Of a DNA stretch of 42,164 nt, positions 23,933-32,234 are shown piece by piece. Below the pieces are notes generated by a model. That model saw only the letters and a program-made list of their open reading frames with translations, was not told the origin of the DNA and did not search any database. The stretch's first letter is position 1; each line of letters starts with the position of its first letter. Made by a program: the position numbers and the translations under genes. This DNA comes from a virus. The stretch lies in IMG/VR virus record IMGVR_UViG_3300011438_000009, positions 1 through 42,164 of that record. One strand, 5' to 3'.

Positions 23933-24217
23933 TCACCCGCCTGACATCAGTCTGTCAATGTCGGCGCTGTTCAGCACGAGGCGAACTTCAGCGCCTCGTA
24001 CCTTGTATTGCATGTGACGCTGGATCTGGTGGGCCGACACCCGGCCGCCCACAGGCCGCTTGCACTCCACGAAGATCACCCGGTTGCCCGGCAGCACCAC
24101 CAGCCGATCGAAGTAGCCGCGGCGGCCGATCACCTTGACCTTTTCGCAGATGCCGCCGGCGGCGCGCACCCGCTGCACCAGCTCGGTTTCGATCGCGCTC
24201 TCCTTGACAGGCGCCAC
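23933..24217 (-). CDS. VRR-NUC domain nuclease (94 aa)
   Basis: ..GRRGYFDRLVVLPGNRVIFVECKRPVGGRVSAHQIQRH.. shows the D..E.K motif. GTG 24217 lies 8 nt after GGAG. The ORF-track extension to 24751 is antisense junk. Confidence 0.8.
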   Translation of the reverse strand: MAPVKESAIETELVQRVRAAGGICEKVKVIGRRGYFDRLVVLPGNRVIFVECKRPVGGRVSAHQIQRHMQYKVRGAEVRLVLNSADIDRLMSGG

Positions 24218-24238
24218 GGCTTCTGCTCCAAATGCGAA

Positions 24239-24267
24239 TTGACAATACACCACCGACACCGACACAT
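24239..24267 (+). promoter_or_regulatory. Candidate promoter of replication unit D
   Basis: TTGACA (24239-24244) sits inside AATTGACAAT, a 10-mer identical to the one at 33219-33228. After 17 nt there is only a weak -10 (ACACAT). Confidence 0.3.
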
Positions 24268-24298
24268 ACACCGACACGAACAGCAACAGGAAACACGT

Positions 24299-25570
24299 AT
24301 GGCCAGCCACAGCTCCATCGTCGGTGGATCCACCGCCGCCCGCCTGCTCAACTGCCCCGGCAGTTACCAAGCCACCCTCGCCCTGCCAAAGTCCGCTGAC
24401 ATCTCGTCGGAGTATGCCGACGAAGGCACCGCCATGCATGATGTCATGACGCGGATCTTCCGCACGCGCGCCGCCGCCGAGAGCCGCGGCCTCACGCCTG
24501 ACGCCTACGTCTTCAATCCGTTTCTGGAAGCGCGCAAGTGGAAGGGCCAGCACTTCTACGATCGCGTCCTGACGCAGGCGCATCTCGACGAGATGATCGA
24601 GCCGGCGCTGGTTCACTTGGCCGTGCTGGAGAAGGAGTGGGGCGGCGGCTTCAGGGTGATGGGCGTCGAGCTGCGCGTCGCCTTTCCCGGCATCCCCGGC
24701 AGCTTCGGCACCTGCGACCTCGTTCTCGTCAACGAGCAGGTCGTGCTGCACGTCGACTGGAAGTTCGGTCAGGGCGTCGGCGTCAAGGCGGTCTACACCG
24801 ACCGCGAAGGCTCCACCGTCAACGCGCAGCTGCTGTATTACGCCGCCGGCGCCAAGGCCACCATCAAGGGGCTGTACAAGGGCAAGTCATCCATCCCCGT
24901 GCTGGCGATCATCCAGCCCCGCAGCGACACGCCGCTGACGCATGTCGGCATCTCCCGTAAGGAACTGACGTGGTTCGTCGAGGACCTGCAGAAGGCTGTG
25001 GTCTATGCGCTCGATCGCGATCCCGTGCGCAGCAAGGGCGAGCACTGCCGCTTCGCGCCTTGCAAGGTCGACTGTCCGCTCTGGACCAATGCCGTGCTCG
25101 ACCTCACGGCGATCGGCAAGCCGCCGGCCAACAATACGCCCAACAAGGTCGTGACGCCCTACGGCGAGTACCTGTCGAAGTCGAAGGTGCTCGTCGACGT
25201 GCTGGCGATGTTCTCAAAGGAAGTGAACGACCAGCTGCACGCCTACCTCGAAGCTGGCGGCCTCGTCCCGGGCTGGCGCCTGAAGGCCAAGACCAAGCAG
25301 CGGCAGTGGGTAGATGATCTCGTCGTCGACAAGGCGCTGACCAAACTGGGGTTCGAGATTGACGAGATCTACGACAGCAAGCTGGTCACCTTCGCCAAGG
25401 CTGACGCCACCGCCCGCAAGCGCGGCGTCAAGATCCCCGATCACTTGCGCGTCGCGCCGGCGACCACGGAGACGACGGTAACATCGACAGATGATCCTGC
25501 GCCGGTCGTCGACAGGATTGGCGCGGCAGAAGCGTTCAAGACCGCGCTCAAGGCGATCGCGGCGAAGTAA
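24299..25570 (+). CDS. DUF2800-like PD-(D/E)XK nuclease with a Cas4-type Cys cluster (423 aa)
   Basis: N-terminus: SSIVGGSTAARLLNCPGSYQ..ADEGTAMHDV. Core: ..GTCDLVLVNEQVVLHVDWKFGQG.. Cys cluster: ..HCRFAPCKVDCPLW.. ATG 24299 follows a CA-rich leader. Confidence 0.8.
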   Translation: MASHSSIVGGSTAARLLNCPGSYQATLALPKSADISSEYADEGTAMHDVMTRIFRTRAAAESRGLTPDAYVFNPFLEARKWKGQHFYDRVLTQAHLDEMIEPALVHLAVLEKEWGGGFRVMGVELRVAFPGIPGSFGTCDLVLVNEQVVLHVDWKFGQGVGVKAVYTDREGSTVNAQLLYYAAGAKATIKGLYKGKSSIPVLAIIQPRSDTPLTHVGISRKELTWFVEDLQKAVVYALDRDPVRSKGEHCRFAPCKVDCPLWTNAVLDLTAIGKPPANNTPNKVVTPYGEYLSKSKVLVDVLAMFSKEVNDQLHAYLEAGGLVPGWRLKAKTKQRQWVDDLVVDKALTKLGFEIDEIYDSKLVTFAKADATARKRGVKIPDHLRVAPATTETTVTSTDDPAPVVDRIGAAEAFKTALKAIAAK

Positions 25571-25618
25571 ACGGCGACGCGCCCGGCCGATGATGGGGTG
25601 CACGATGAGGAACTTGAA

Positions 25619-26518
25619 ATGGCCGATTTAACCGTACAGAAGTCGGCGGGCCTGCCCGCCACCATGCTCGAACAGCTGACGAAAGGCATCGCCGAGAACC
25701 GCGCGGCGACGTCCGTGATGGGCGGCGGCAAGCCGCTGCTGCGCCTCCTCCGTGACGGCCTCTGGGTGTTCGGGCAGGAGGACATGGACGTACAGGAAGG
25801 CTCGCGCTGGGCGGTCAACCCGATGCAGCTCGCCCACGGCTGGGTGTGCTGGATCGACGGCGGCCCCAACGCCAAGAACACGCTCGCCGGCGAGATCATG
25901 GGTCCGATGTGGGAGCCGCGCGTGCCGCGGCCGGCACCGATCGAGGGCAACGCCTTCAAGGAGCAGTTCGGCTGCGAGATGAAGTGCCTCAACGGCGACG
26001 ACGCCGGCGTCGAGGTGCTGTTCAAGACCCCCTCGGATGGCGGGATCCGGGCCATGGTCAAGCTGCGCGACGAGATCCAGCGCCATCTGGCCAATGGCGG
26101 CGCCGCCTTCCCGTGCCCGGTGCTGGAGCTGAAGGAGGAGAGCTACCAGCACGGCAAGTGGGGCAAGATCTACAAACCGGTGCTGGAGATCGTCGGCTGG
26201 TGCGACATGAACGGCCGCACGGCCACCACTCCCTCCCCGGAGAGCGCGGCGACGGCCATCCCGCCCGAGCCGGGGCCCTACCCGGAGGACGAGCTGGATG
26301 ACATGCTGGATGACAAGCTGAAGGCCAAGCCGGAGCCCGCGCCGGTTCCGGTCAGGACCCGCGCGCGCCGGGCGCCGGCCAAGCCGACGCCGGCCCAGCT
26401 CGACGCGGAGGCCAGCGCCATCCTGAAGAACGCCGGCGCCGAGAGCATGACCCGCGCCGAGCCGCTGCCGACGCAGGCGGCCCATGCCGGCCAGCGCCGG
26501 CGTCCTGCAGCGCGCTGA
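25619..26518 (+). CDS. Hypothetical 299-aa replication-module protein (possible ssDNA-binding or annealing role, unverified)
   Basis: ATG 25619 lies 8 nt after GAGGA. It sits between the DUF2800-like nuclease and the DNA polymerase, where DUF2815/SSB-type genes usually sit. The tail is acidic, then basic. Confidence 0.7.
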   Translation: MADLTVQKSAGLPATMLEQLTKGIAENRAATSVMGGGKPLLRLLRDGLWVFGQEDMDVQEGSRWAVNPMQLAHGWVCWIDGGPNAKNTLAGEIMGPMWEPRVPRPAPIEGNAFKEQFGCEMKCLNGDDAGVEVLFKTPSDGGIRAMVKLRDEIQRHLANGGAAFPCPVLELKEESYQHGKWGKIYKPVLEIVGWCDMNGRTATTPSPESAATAIPPEPGPYPEDELDDMLDDKLKAKPEPAPVPVRTRARRAPAKPTPAQLDAEASAILKNAGAESMTRAEPLPTQAAHAGQRRRPAAR

Positions 26519-26523
26519 AAACA

Positions 26524-26556
26524 GGGGGCGCAAAACCCCGCCGGTTTTGCGCCCCC
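26524..26556 (-). terminator. Perfect 14-bp GC-rich hairpin whose T-tract lies on the minus strand
   Basis: gggggcgcaaaacc (26524-26537), loop ccgcc, ggttttgcgccccc (26543-26556). The minus-strand reading continues TGTTTTC, whereas the plus-strand reading continues ctcacc. Confidence 0.4.
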
Positions 26557-26574
26557 CTCACCACGGGGGCTGCC

Positions 26575-28731
26575 ATGCACGGTAAACCGGATCTGAGCGC
26601 CGATCGCCTGCCGGGGTCGGGCTTCCGCATCGACGACACCGGCTTCCTCGACTTCGAGAGCCGCGGCCGGGCCGACATCAAGGCCGCCGGCGCCTACCGC
26701 TACGCCACCGAGGCCGACGCCATCATCGCCGCCTACGCCATCGGCCAGTTCCCGATCGACGTGGTCCGGGTCGCCGACTTCGTCAGGCCGCTGCGCTGGT
26801 CGGACATGCCGGATTGCTTCCGCGAGCACCACAAGCGCGTGGTCGAGGGCAAGGCGGTCTGGGCGGCGTGGAACGCGCAGTTCGACCGCGCCATCTGGAA
26901 CTACGCCACCGTCGACTTCCCGTTCATGGAACCGCACCACATCGTCGACGTGATGGCGCAGGCCTCCGCCTCGGGCCTGCCGCCGGATCTCGCCTCGGCC
27001 GCCAAGCTCTCGCACTCGATCCTGAAGAACAAGGCCGGCAAGGACCTGATCAAGCTGTTCTGCCTCCCGACGTCGACAGCAACGCCGCAGTCGCACCCGC
27101 AGGAGTGGCAGGAGTTCTGCAGTTACGGCGGCGACGACATCGCGGCGATGCGATCGGTCTACCAGTGCACCCTGCAGCTGCCGCTGGCGGAGTGGCGCGA
27201 ATACTGGGCGATGGAAGCGGTCAATGACAGGGGCGTCAACATCGACCTGACCATGGCCGGCAACGCCGCCCGCATGGCCGCGGTCGATCGCGACCGCTCC
27301 GCGGTCGAGCTGTCGCGCCTGACCGGCAAGGCGGTGACGTCGGTGACGCAGGTCAAGCGCATCGCGACGTGGCTGCACGGCCGCATGGGCGCCGAGGCGC
27401 GCGACATCCTCGAACGATCGGAGGAGGAGGTCGACGACGACGGCATCGTCATCAGGTATCCGAAGCTGTCGATGAACCGCAAGCGGGTCGAGCGGCTGAT
27501 TGCGCTGGCGGAAGCGGCCGGCATGAAGGACGAGGCGCGCGTGCTGCAGATCCGCATGTATGGCGGCGCCTCCACGCCGGCCAAGTTCGCCAAGATGCTG
27601 GCGCAGCACGTCGACGGCGCGCTGTTCGGGCAGTACGTCTTCAACGGCGCCGGCCAGACGGGGCGCGCGTCCAGCCGCGGCGTGCAGGTCCACAATCTCG
27701 CCCGCGACGCGCTCGATGCCGAGCCGGATCTGCTGTCGGCGGTCTGCACCGGCGCGGATTACGACACCTTGGTCAAGACTGGCGACGACACGCCGGTGGC
27801 GCGCAAGCTGTCGCTGCTGATCCGCCCGACCTTCATTCCCAAGGGCAGCAACGTCTTCGTGTGGTCGGACTGGTCGCAGATCGAGGCGCGCGTGCTGCCG
27901 TGGCTGTGCGATCACTACGCGGGATCCCAGAGCCGCCTGCAGATCTTCCGCGACGTGGATGCTGATCCGTCGCTGCCGGACCTGTACACGAGGACAGCCG
28001 CGACGCTGAGCCACGTTCCGATCGAGGAGGTGACGAAGCCGATGCGCCAGCGCGGCAAGGTCGCCGAGCTGGCGCTGGGGTTCTGTGGCGGCGTCGGCGC
28101 CCTGCAGAACATGGCCGCGGGCTACGGCCTGCATCTGTCGGATGGCGAGGCCCGGCAGACCGTGGACGCGTGGCGCATCGCCAACCCTTGGGCCATCAAC
28201 TACTCGCGCGAGCTGTGGGACGCCATGCTCGGCGCCCGCGAGAGTTCAGGTCGGCCTTATCGCGCCGGCCGCGTCACCTTCATCTTCAAGGCGGATCACC
28301 TCGGCGGCACGCTGTTCGTGCGCCTGCCCTCGGGCCGCTTCCTGACCTACCGCGCGCTGCGTCGGGAGATGGTCGACGTCAAGGACGACGAGGGCCGCGT
28401 GGTCGACCGCAAGATGGAAATGACGTTCGCGCGCGGCTACGGCCGGCAGAAGATCTGGCCGGGTATGTTTAGCGAAAACGTCACGCAGGCCGTCGCCGCC
28501 GACTTCCTGCGCGGCACGCTGGTGCGGCTTGAGGATGCCGGTCACAATGTGCGCCTGCACACCCACGACGAGATCCTGCTGGAGGAGGCCGCAGAGCACG
28601 CCGCCGTCGCGGCTCGCGGCTTGCGGCTGGTGATGCAGCAGGGTTTCAGCTGGTCGAAAGGCCTGCCGCTGATGAGCGAGGAGACGATCGCGTACTACTA
28701 CACCAAGCATGAGGGGAGCCACGGACTGTGA
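26575..28731 (+). CDS. Family A DNA polymerase with 3'-5' exonuclease domain (718 aa)
   Basis: Exo I: FLDFESRG. Exo II: WNAQFD. Exo III: YGGDDIAAM. Pol motif A: SDWSQIEARVL. Motif B: RQRGKVAELALGFCGG. Motif C: LHTHDEILLE. Confidence 0.95.
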   Translation: MHGKPDLSADRLPGSGFRIDDTGFLDFESRGRADIKAAGAYRYATEADAIIAAYAIGQFPIDVVRVADFVRPLRWSDMPDCFREHHKRVVEGKAVWAAWNAQFDRAIWNYATVDFPFMEPHHIVDVMAQASASGLPPDLASAAKLSHSILKNKAGKDLIKLFCLPTSTATPQSHPQEWQEFCSYGGDDIAAMRSVYQCTLQLPLAEWREYWAMEAVNDRGVNIDLTMAGNAARMAAVDRDRSAVELSRLTGKAVTSVTQVKRIATWLHGRMGAEARDILERSEEEVDDDGIVIRYPKLSMNRKRVERLIALAEAAGMKDEARVLQIRMYGGASTPAKFAKMLAQHVDGALFGQYVFNGAGQTGRASSRGVQVHNLARDALDAEPDLLSAVCTGADYDTLVKTGDDTPVARKLSLLIRPTFIPKGSNVFVWSDWSQIEARVLPWLCDHYAGSQSRLQIFRDVDADPSLPDLYTRTAATLSHVPIEEVTKPMRQRGKVAELALGFCGGVGALQNMAAGYGLHLSDGEARQTVDAWRIANPWAINYSRELWDAMLGARESSGRPYRAGRVTFIFKADHLGGTLFVRLPSGRFLTYRALRREMVDVKDDEGRVVDRKMEMTFARGYGRQKIWPGMFSENVTQAVAADFLRGTLVRLEDAGHNVRLHTHDEILLEEAAEHAAVAARGLRLVMQQGFSWSKGLPLMSEETIAYYYTKHEGSHGL

Positions 28732-28982
28732 GGCCACGCACCGAGTACCACGACGCACGCCGCCTGCTGATCGCGCTGCTGCAGCAGCCGGATGACGGCC
28801 CCGTCGACCTGAAAGGCATCAGCGACAGGGAGAAGGCCTTCGGCACGGTGACTTCCGCCCACCTCGTGATCCTGTACCAGCTCTGTCACGCCGCCGGGTT
28901 CGACGCCGACGAAGCCCGCGTAGGGTTGGCGAAGCTGAGCGAGAACGCTGCCGCCCAGATCGAGGAGATCTGCACGATATGA
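28728..28982 (+). CDS. Hypothetical 84-aa protein
   Basis: The GTG start overlaps the polymerase stop (GTGA). Its stop overlaps the SNF2 ATG (ATGA). Confidence 0.5.
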   Translation: MRPRTEYHDARRLLIALLQQPDDGPVDLKGISDREKAFGTVTSAHLVILYQLCHAAGFDADEARVGLAKLSENAAAQIEEICTI

Positions 28983-30379
28983 GAGCGAAGAACGACATGC
29001 GGCTGTATCAGGACCGCCTCGCGACGCACCTTTATGAGCACGACGCCGCGCTGTGCGTCATCCGCCCCGGCGGCGGCAAGACCGTGACCGCACTTACTGC
29101 GATTGAAGAGCTGCAGCGCGACAAGGTGATACGTCATGCCCTCGTTGTCGCCCCCAAGCGCGTCGCGCGCGTGGTGTGGCCGGACGAGATCGAGCAATGG
29201 AAGCACACCACCAAGCTGCGCTACACCATCCTCGGCGGCTCGCCGCTGCAGCGCGAGCTTGGCCTGACCGAGCCCTGCCTCGCCACGCGCGACATCACCA
29301 TCATCGGGCTGGATGTGGCGCAGTGGCTGTGCGAGCAGCTCGCCAAGTGCAAGCTCGACAGCCGCATCTTCGACCTGCTCGTGATCGACGAGATCTCGCG
29401 GCTTAGAGAACCAACGGGGGAGAGGGCGAAGGCGCTGGCCAAGGTCGCCGACAAGTTCAAGATGATCTGGGGCATGAGCGGCACGCTGCGGCCCAACTCC
29501 GCGCAGGACCTGTTCATGCCTGCGCGCGTCGTCACCAAAGGCAAGCTGTGGGGGCGATCGTTCTACCACTGGCGCCGGGAGCGGTTCTACACCACCGACT
29601 ACCAAGGATACCAGTGGGCGCCCCTACCCGGAGCAGAGGAGAAGATCAACGCCGAGATCGAGCCTTACATCGCCACGGTCGCCGAAGGCGAGCTGGTGCA
29701 GCCGAAGCCGACCCTCATCTTTGACAAGGTCACGCTGCCCGGCAACGCGCGGCGGGAATATGACATGATGGAACGCCGGCTGCTGACCGGCGCCGGCGAG
29801 GCGGTCATCGTCGCCGCCAACTCCGCAGTCGCCACCGGCAAGCTGGCGCAGATGGCCAACGGCTTCGTGTATGACACCGCGCGCGGCAGTCAGGCCGTCG
29901 CCCTGCACCCGGCCAAGCGCGAGTGGCTGGAGGACATCATCGAGAACGCCACCGGGCCGACGCTGCTGATCTACGAGTTCATCGAGGATTTGCGCCTGAT
30001 GCAGGAGCTGTGGCCGGCGCTGCCCTACCTCGGGCAAGGCGTCACCGACAAGGTGTCGAAGCTGAACATCGAACGCTGGAACCTCGGCAAGCTGCCGTTC
30101 ATGGCGCTGCATCCGGCATCTGGCGGTCACGGTCTTAACCTGCAGCACGGCGGCGCCGACATGGCGTGGTTCGCGCCGACGTGGTCGCCGGAGTACTGGG
30201 AGCAGACCATCGCGCGCATCAACCGGAGCGGCCAGAAGCGCCAAGTGATCGTGCGTGTCTGCGTCGCGCGCGACACCGTCGACGAGATGAAGCTGTCGCG
30301 GGTTTACGGAAAGATGACCGCGCAGGAGGCGTTTGAAGCCTACCTGCGCGGCCGGCAGACGCGGAACAGGGCTGCCTAA
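28979..30379 (+). CDS. SNF2/DEAD-like superfamily 2 helicase (466 aa)
   Basis: Walker A: RPGGGKT. DExx: VIDEISRL. C-terminal helicase motifs: ..GGHGLNLQHGG.., ..QTIARINRSGQ.. Confidence 0.9.
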   Translation: MRAKNDMRLYQDRLATHLYEHDAALCVIRPGGGKTVTALTAIEELQRDKVIRHALVVAPKRVARVVWPDEIEQWKHTTKLRYTILGGSPLQRELGLTEPCLATRDITIIGLDVAQWLCEQLAKCKLDSRIFDLLVIDEISRLREPTGERAKALAKVADKFKMIWGMSGTLRPNSAQDLFMPARVVTKGKLWGRSFYHWRRERFYTTDYQGYQWAPLPGAEEKINAEIEPYIATVAEGELVQPKPTLIFDKVTLPGNARREYDMMERRLLTGAGEAVIVAANSAVATGKLAQMANGFVYDTARGSQAVALHPAKREWLEDIIENATGPTLLIYEFIEDLRLMQELWPALPYLGQGVTDKVSKLNIERWNLGKLPFMALHPASGGHGLNLQHGGADMAWFAPTWSPEYWEQTIARINRSGQKRQVIVRVCVARDTVDEMKLSRVYGKMTAQEAFEAYLRGRQTRNRAA

Positions 30380-31239
30380 TCTGTCGATGGAAGCGCGCCA
30401 CGGGCTATTTTCCACGCTTCATGCGCATTACTCTCACGGACTGCCGGGGATTTCCCCTCATTCGCGGCGTAGCCAAGACAATCCACAATCGCCCGCAGCG
30501 CGACTTCCAGAGCCTCTATGCGCGGTGCGTAGGCGTTACCACTGGACAGCGGCGGGTGCTTGTATAGCGGCGTGTGATACTCGGCGCGAGCCGCTGGCAG
30601 CATCGCCTCGATATGGCTAATCAGCTTAACGCCGTGGATGCCGCCGAGCATTGCGACCGGCTCTGGCGCAGCTTGGGCAGAACCGAATGTTCCCCGTGAC
30701 GCGCGAAACCACGTTACGGCTTCGTCAGGCATAAACCCGCCTTTGTTTTCCAAGATCAGATTGATTTCATAGACGCTCAACGCGCTGTTTTGGAACGGTT
30801 GATCGGCAACGATGGCCTGTAGATTTGCCAGCCCACTCGGCTCTTGGGCAGCACTGGGGATAAGCGCGAGAATAGCGTCGGCCTGTTCTCGCTCCCGCTT
30901 GCTTCGGCTCCATCGCACGGGCGGGCCTTCCACAAAGCAATCATCAGTCCGCACGCACCCGCCAGGGCAGCACAGGGCCTTTTCAACCGCGCGCCGCAGT
31001 TCGGAACTCTCACTGTCTGACCGTGTGGCCCCGCCGGACGGAGTTGAACCGCCATGCCGATCTTCATCGGAACTACCGTTGTCTGACAGCGGGTCGAGCG
31101 ACGTGCACAGCTTGCGGTCGCAGTGGTTGTTGAACGTCTCGATGAACTTCTTGACGTTGATCGTGATTGAACGCTTCTCCGACAGGTGGATGGCCGCCAC
31201 GATGGCGTCGAAGATGGCTTGGTTGGTGTTGACGCTCAT
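30376..31239 (-). CDS. Orphan 287-aa protein in a lower-GC patch, last gene of unit E
   Basis: ATG 31239 (MSVNTNQAIF..) with GGAGAGGGA upstream. Its stop TAG (30378..30376) overlaps the SNF2 stop TAA (30377..30379). Hand-counted GC is 25/60 at 30721-30780 and 35/60 at 30421-30480, against 43/60 at 28021-28080. Confidence 0.75.
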   Translation of the reverse strand: MSVNTNQAIFDAIVAAIHLSEKRSITINVKKFIETFNNHCDRKLCTSLDPLSDNGSSDEDRHGGSTPSGGATRSDSESSELRRAVEKALCCPGGCVRTDDCFVEGPPVRWSRSKREREQADAILALIPSAAQEPSGLANLQAIVADQPFQNSALSVYEINLILENKGGFMPDEAVTWFRASRGTFGSAQAAPEPVAMLGGIHGVKLISHIEAMLPAARAEYHTPLYKHPPLSSGNAYAPRIEALEVALRAIVDCLGYAANEGKSPAVRESNAHEAWKIARGALPSTD

Positions 31240-31421
31240 TCGTAGTCCCTCTCCGCCAGTACGCAGCGCACGACGATGCGCTTCCTTGCCGCCTCCATCG
31301 CCGCCTTGGCGATCGCCTCGCACGCCTGCATACCCGGCATCTCTTGGATGGTCGTGGGCACGATCTGGTCGGCGCCGTAGTTGCTGCCGAGCGTCGCCAT
31401 CACAAGCAGGAATACCTTCAT
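31236..31421 (-). CDS. Small protein with a hydrophobic N-terminus, paralog B (61 aa)
   Basis: MKVFLLVMATLGSNYGADQIVPTTIQEMPGMQACEAIAKAAMEAARKRIVVRCVLAERDYE. ATGA overlap with paralog A. Confidence 0.6.
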   Translation of the reverse strand: MKVFLLVMATLGSNYGADQIVPTTIQEMPGMQACEAIAKAAMEAARKRIVVRCVLAERDYE

Positions 31422-31576
31422 GGTACCACCACGCATTTGACTTGGTTCTGCGGCGACATCTTCAGGATCTCCGCGGCGACGGCCTGACAGCTCTCCATCG
31501 ACGGCATCGCCGTCACCATCGACGGCGAGGTCTGCTCGGAGCGCCACAGCGCGATGATGACGAGGAAGACCTTCAT
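31418..31576 (-). CDS. Small protein with a hydrophobic N-terminus, paralog A (52 aa)
   Basis: MKVFLVIIALWRSEQTSPSMVTAMPSMESCQAVAAEILKMSPQNQVKCVVVP. ATGA overlap with the GcrA-like gene. It shares MKVFL..MPxMxxCxAxA..VxCV with paralog B. Confidence 0.55.
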   Translation of the reverse strand: MKVFLVIIALWRSEQTSPSMVTAMPSMESCQAVAAEILKMSPQNQVKCVVVP

Positions 31577-32037
31577 GCCGGCACCAGCGCGCGGCCGATC
31601 GACCGCTTGGTGTGAGCCAAGCAGTAGGGCCGCCCCGTCAGCGACTTCTCGCCGCAATAGAAGAACGGCGGCCGCGCATGGGCGTAGCCGAGCGGCCATT
31701 TGCAGGTGTGGCTGTTGAGCTGGTAGATCGTCAGCCCCTCCGGCGGCAGCACCTCCGGCAGCGCGGCTTCGACGGGGATGATGGGCGCCTCGACCGCGAC
31801 GACGGCGCGCGGCTTCCTCGGATAGCTTTTGAACACCAGCCGCGGCGACGTCGGCTTCTTGCGCATGGGCAGGCCGAGCCGGCGCGCCTTGCCGATCACG
31901 GCGTTGCGCGTCAGCTCGACGCCGAACTTGAGCCCCATCTCGTGGGCGATCGTCGCGAACGACAGCTGCCGCCGATCGCGGTGCAGCTTGGTGAAGTAGG
32001 CGTTCATGGTCGATGTCCAGACGTTGACGTTGTTCAC
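31573..32037 (-). CDS. gcrA: GcrA-like cell-cycle regulator homolog (154 aa)
   Basis: N-terminus: W-T..LSFATIAHEMG..TRNAVIGKARRLGLPMRKK. C-terminus: CKWPLG..PFFYCGEKSLTGRPYCLAH. GTG 32037 lies 5 nt after GGAGG and overlaps the upstream stop (GTGA). Confidence 0.8.
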   Translation of the reverse strand: MNNVNVWTSTMNAYFTKLHRDRRQLSFATIAHEMGLKFGVELTRNAVIGKARRLGLPMRKKPTSPRLVFKSYPRKPRAVVAVEAPIIPVEAALPEVLPPEGLTIYQLNSHTCKWPLGYAHARPPFFYCGEKSLTGRPYCLAHTKRSIGRALVPA

Positions 32038-32234
32038 TTCACCCTCCCCATGAACACCAGTTCGCTGGCGCCGAACACCTGCCGCTCGCCGCAGGCCTCG
32101 CACTTGTAGTGCCGCGCGTCCGGCTCACAGTTGAACTGCATGTTGCCGCATTCGAGGCAGAAGCCGGCCTGATCGTCATCCGCCTGCTGGATCTGCTCCA
32201 GCGTGAACATGCGCTTCTCGTCAGCCTTTGGCAT
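32034..32234 (-). CDS. Four-Cys zinc-ribbon protein (66 aa)
   Basis: ..FCLECGNMQFNCEPDARHYKCEACGERQVF.. (CxxC...CxxC). Coupled at both ends. Confidence 0.65.
   Translation of the reverse strand: MPKADEKRMFTLEQIQQADDDQAGFCLECGNMQFNCEPDARHYKCEACGERQVFGASELVFMGRVK

Noticed and set aside
26278-28134. 618-aa minus-strand ORF
   Set aside because: It is antisense to the family-A DNA polymerase, whose motifs are unambiguous on the plus strand.
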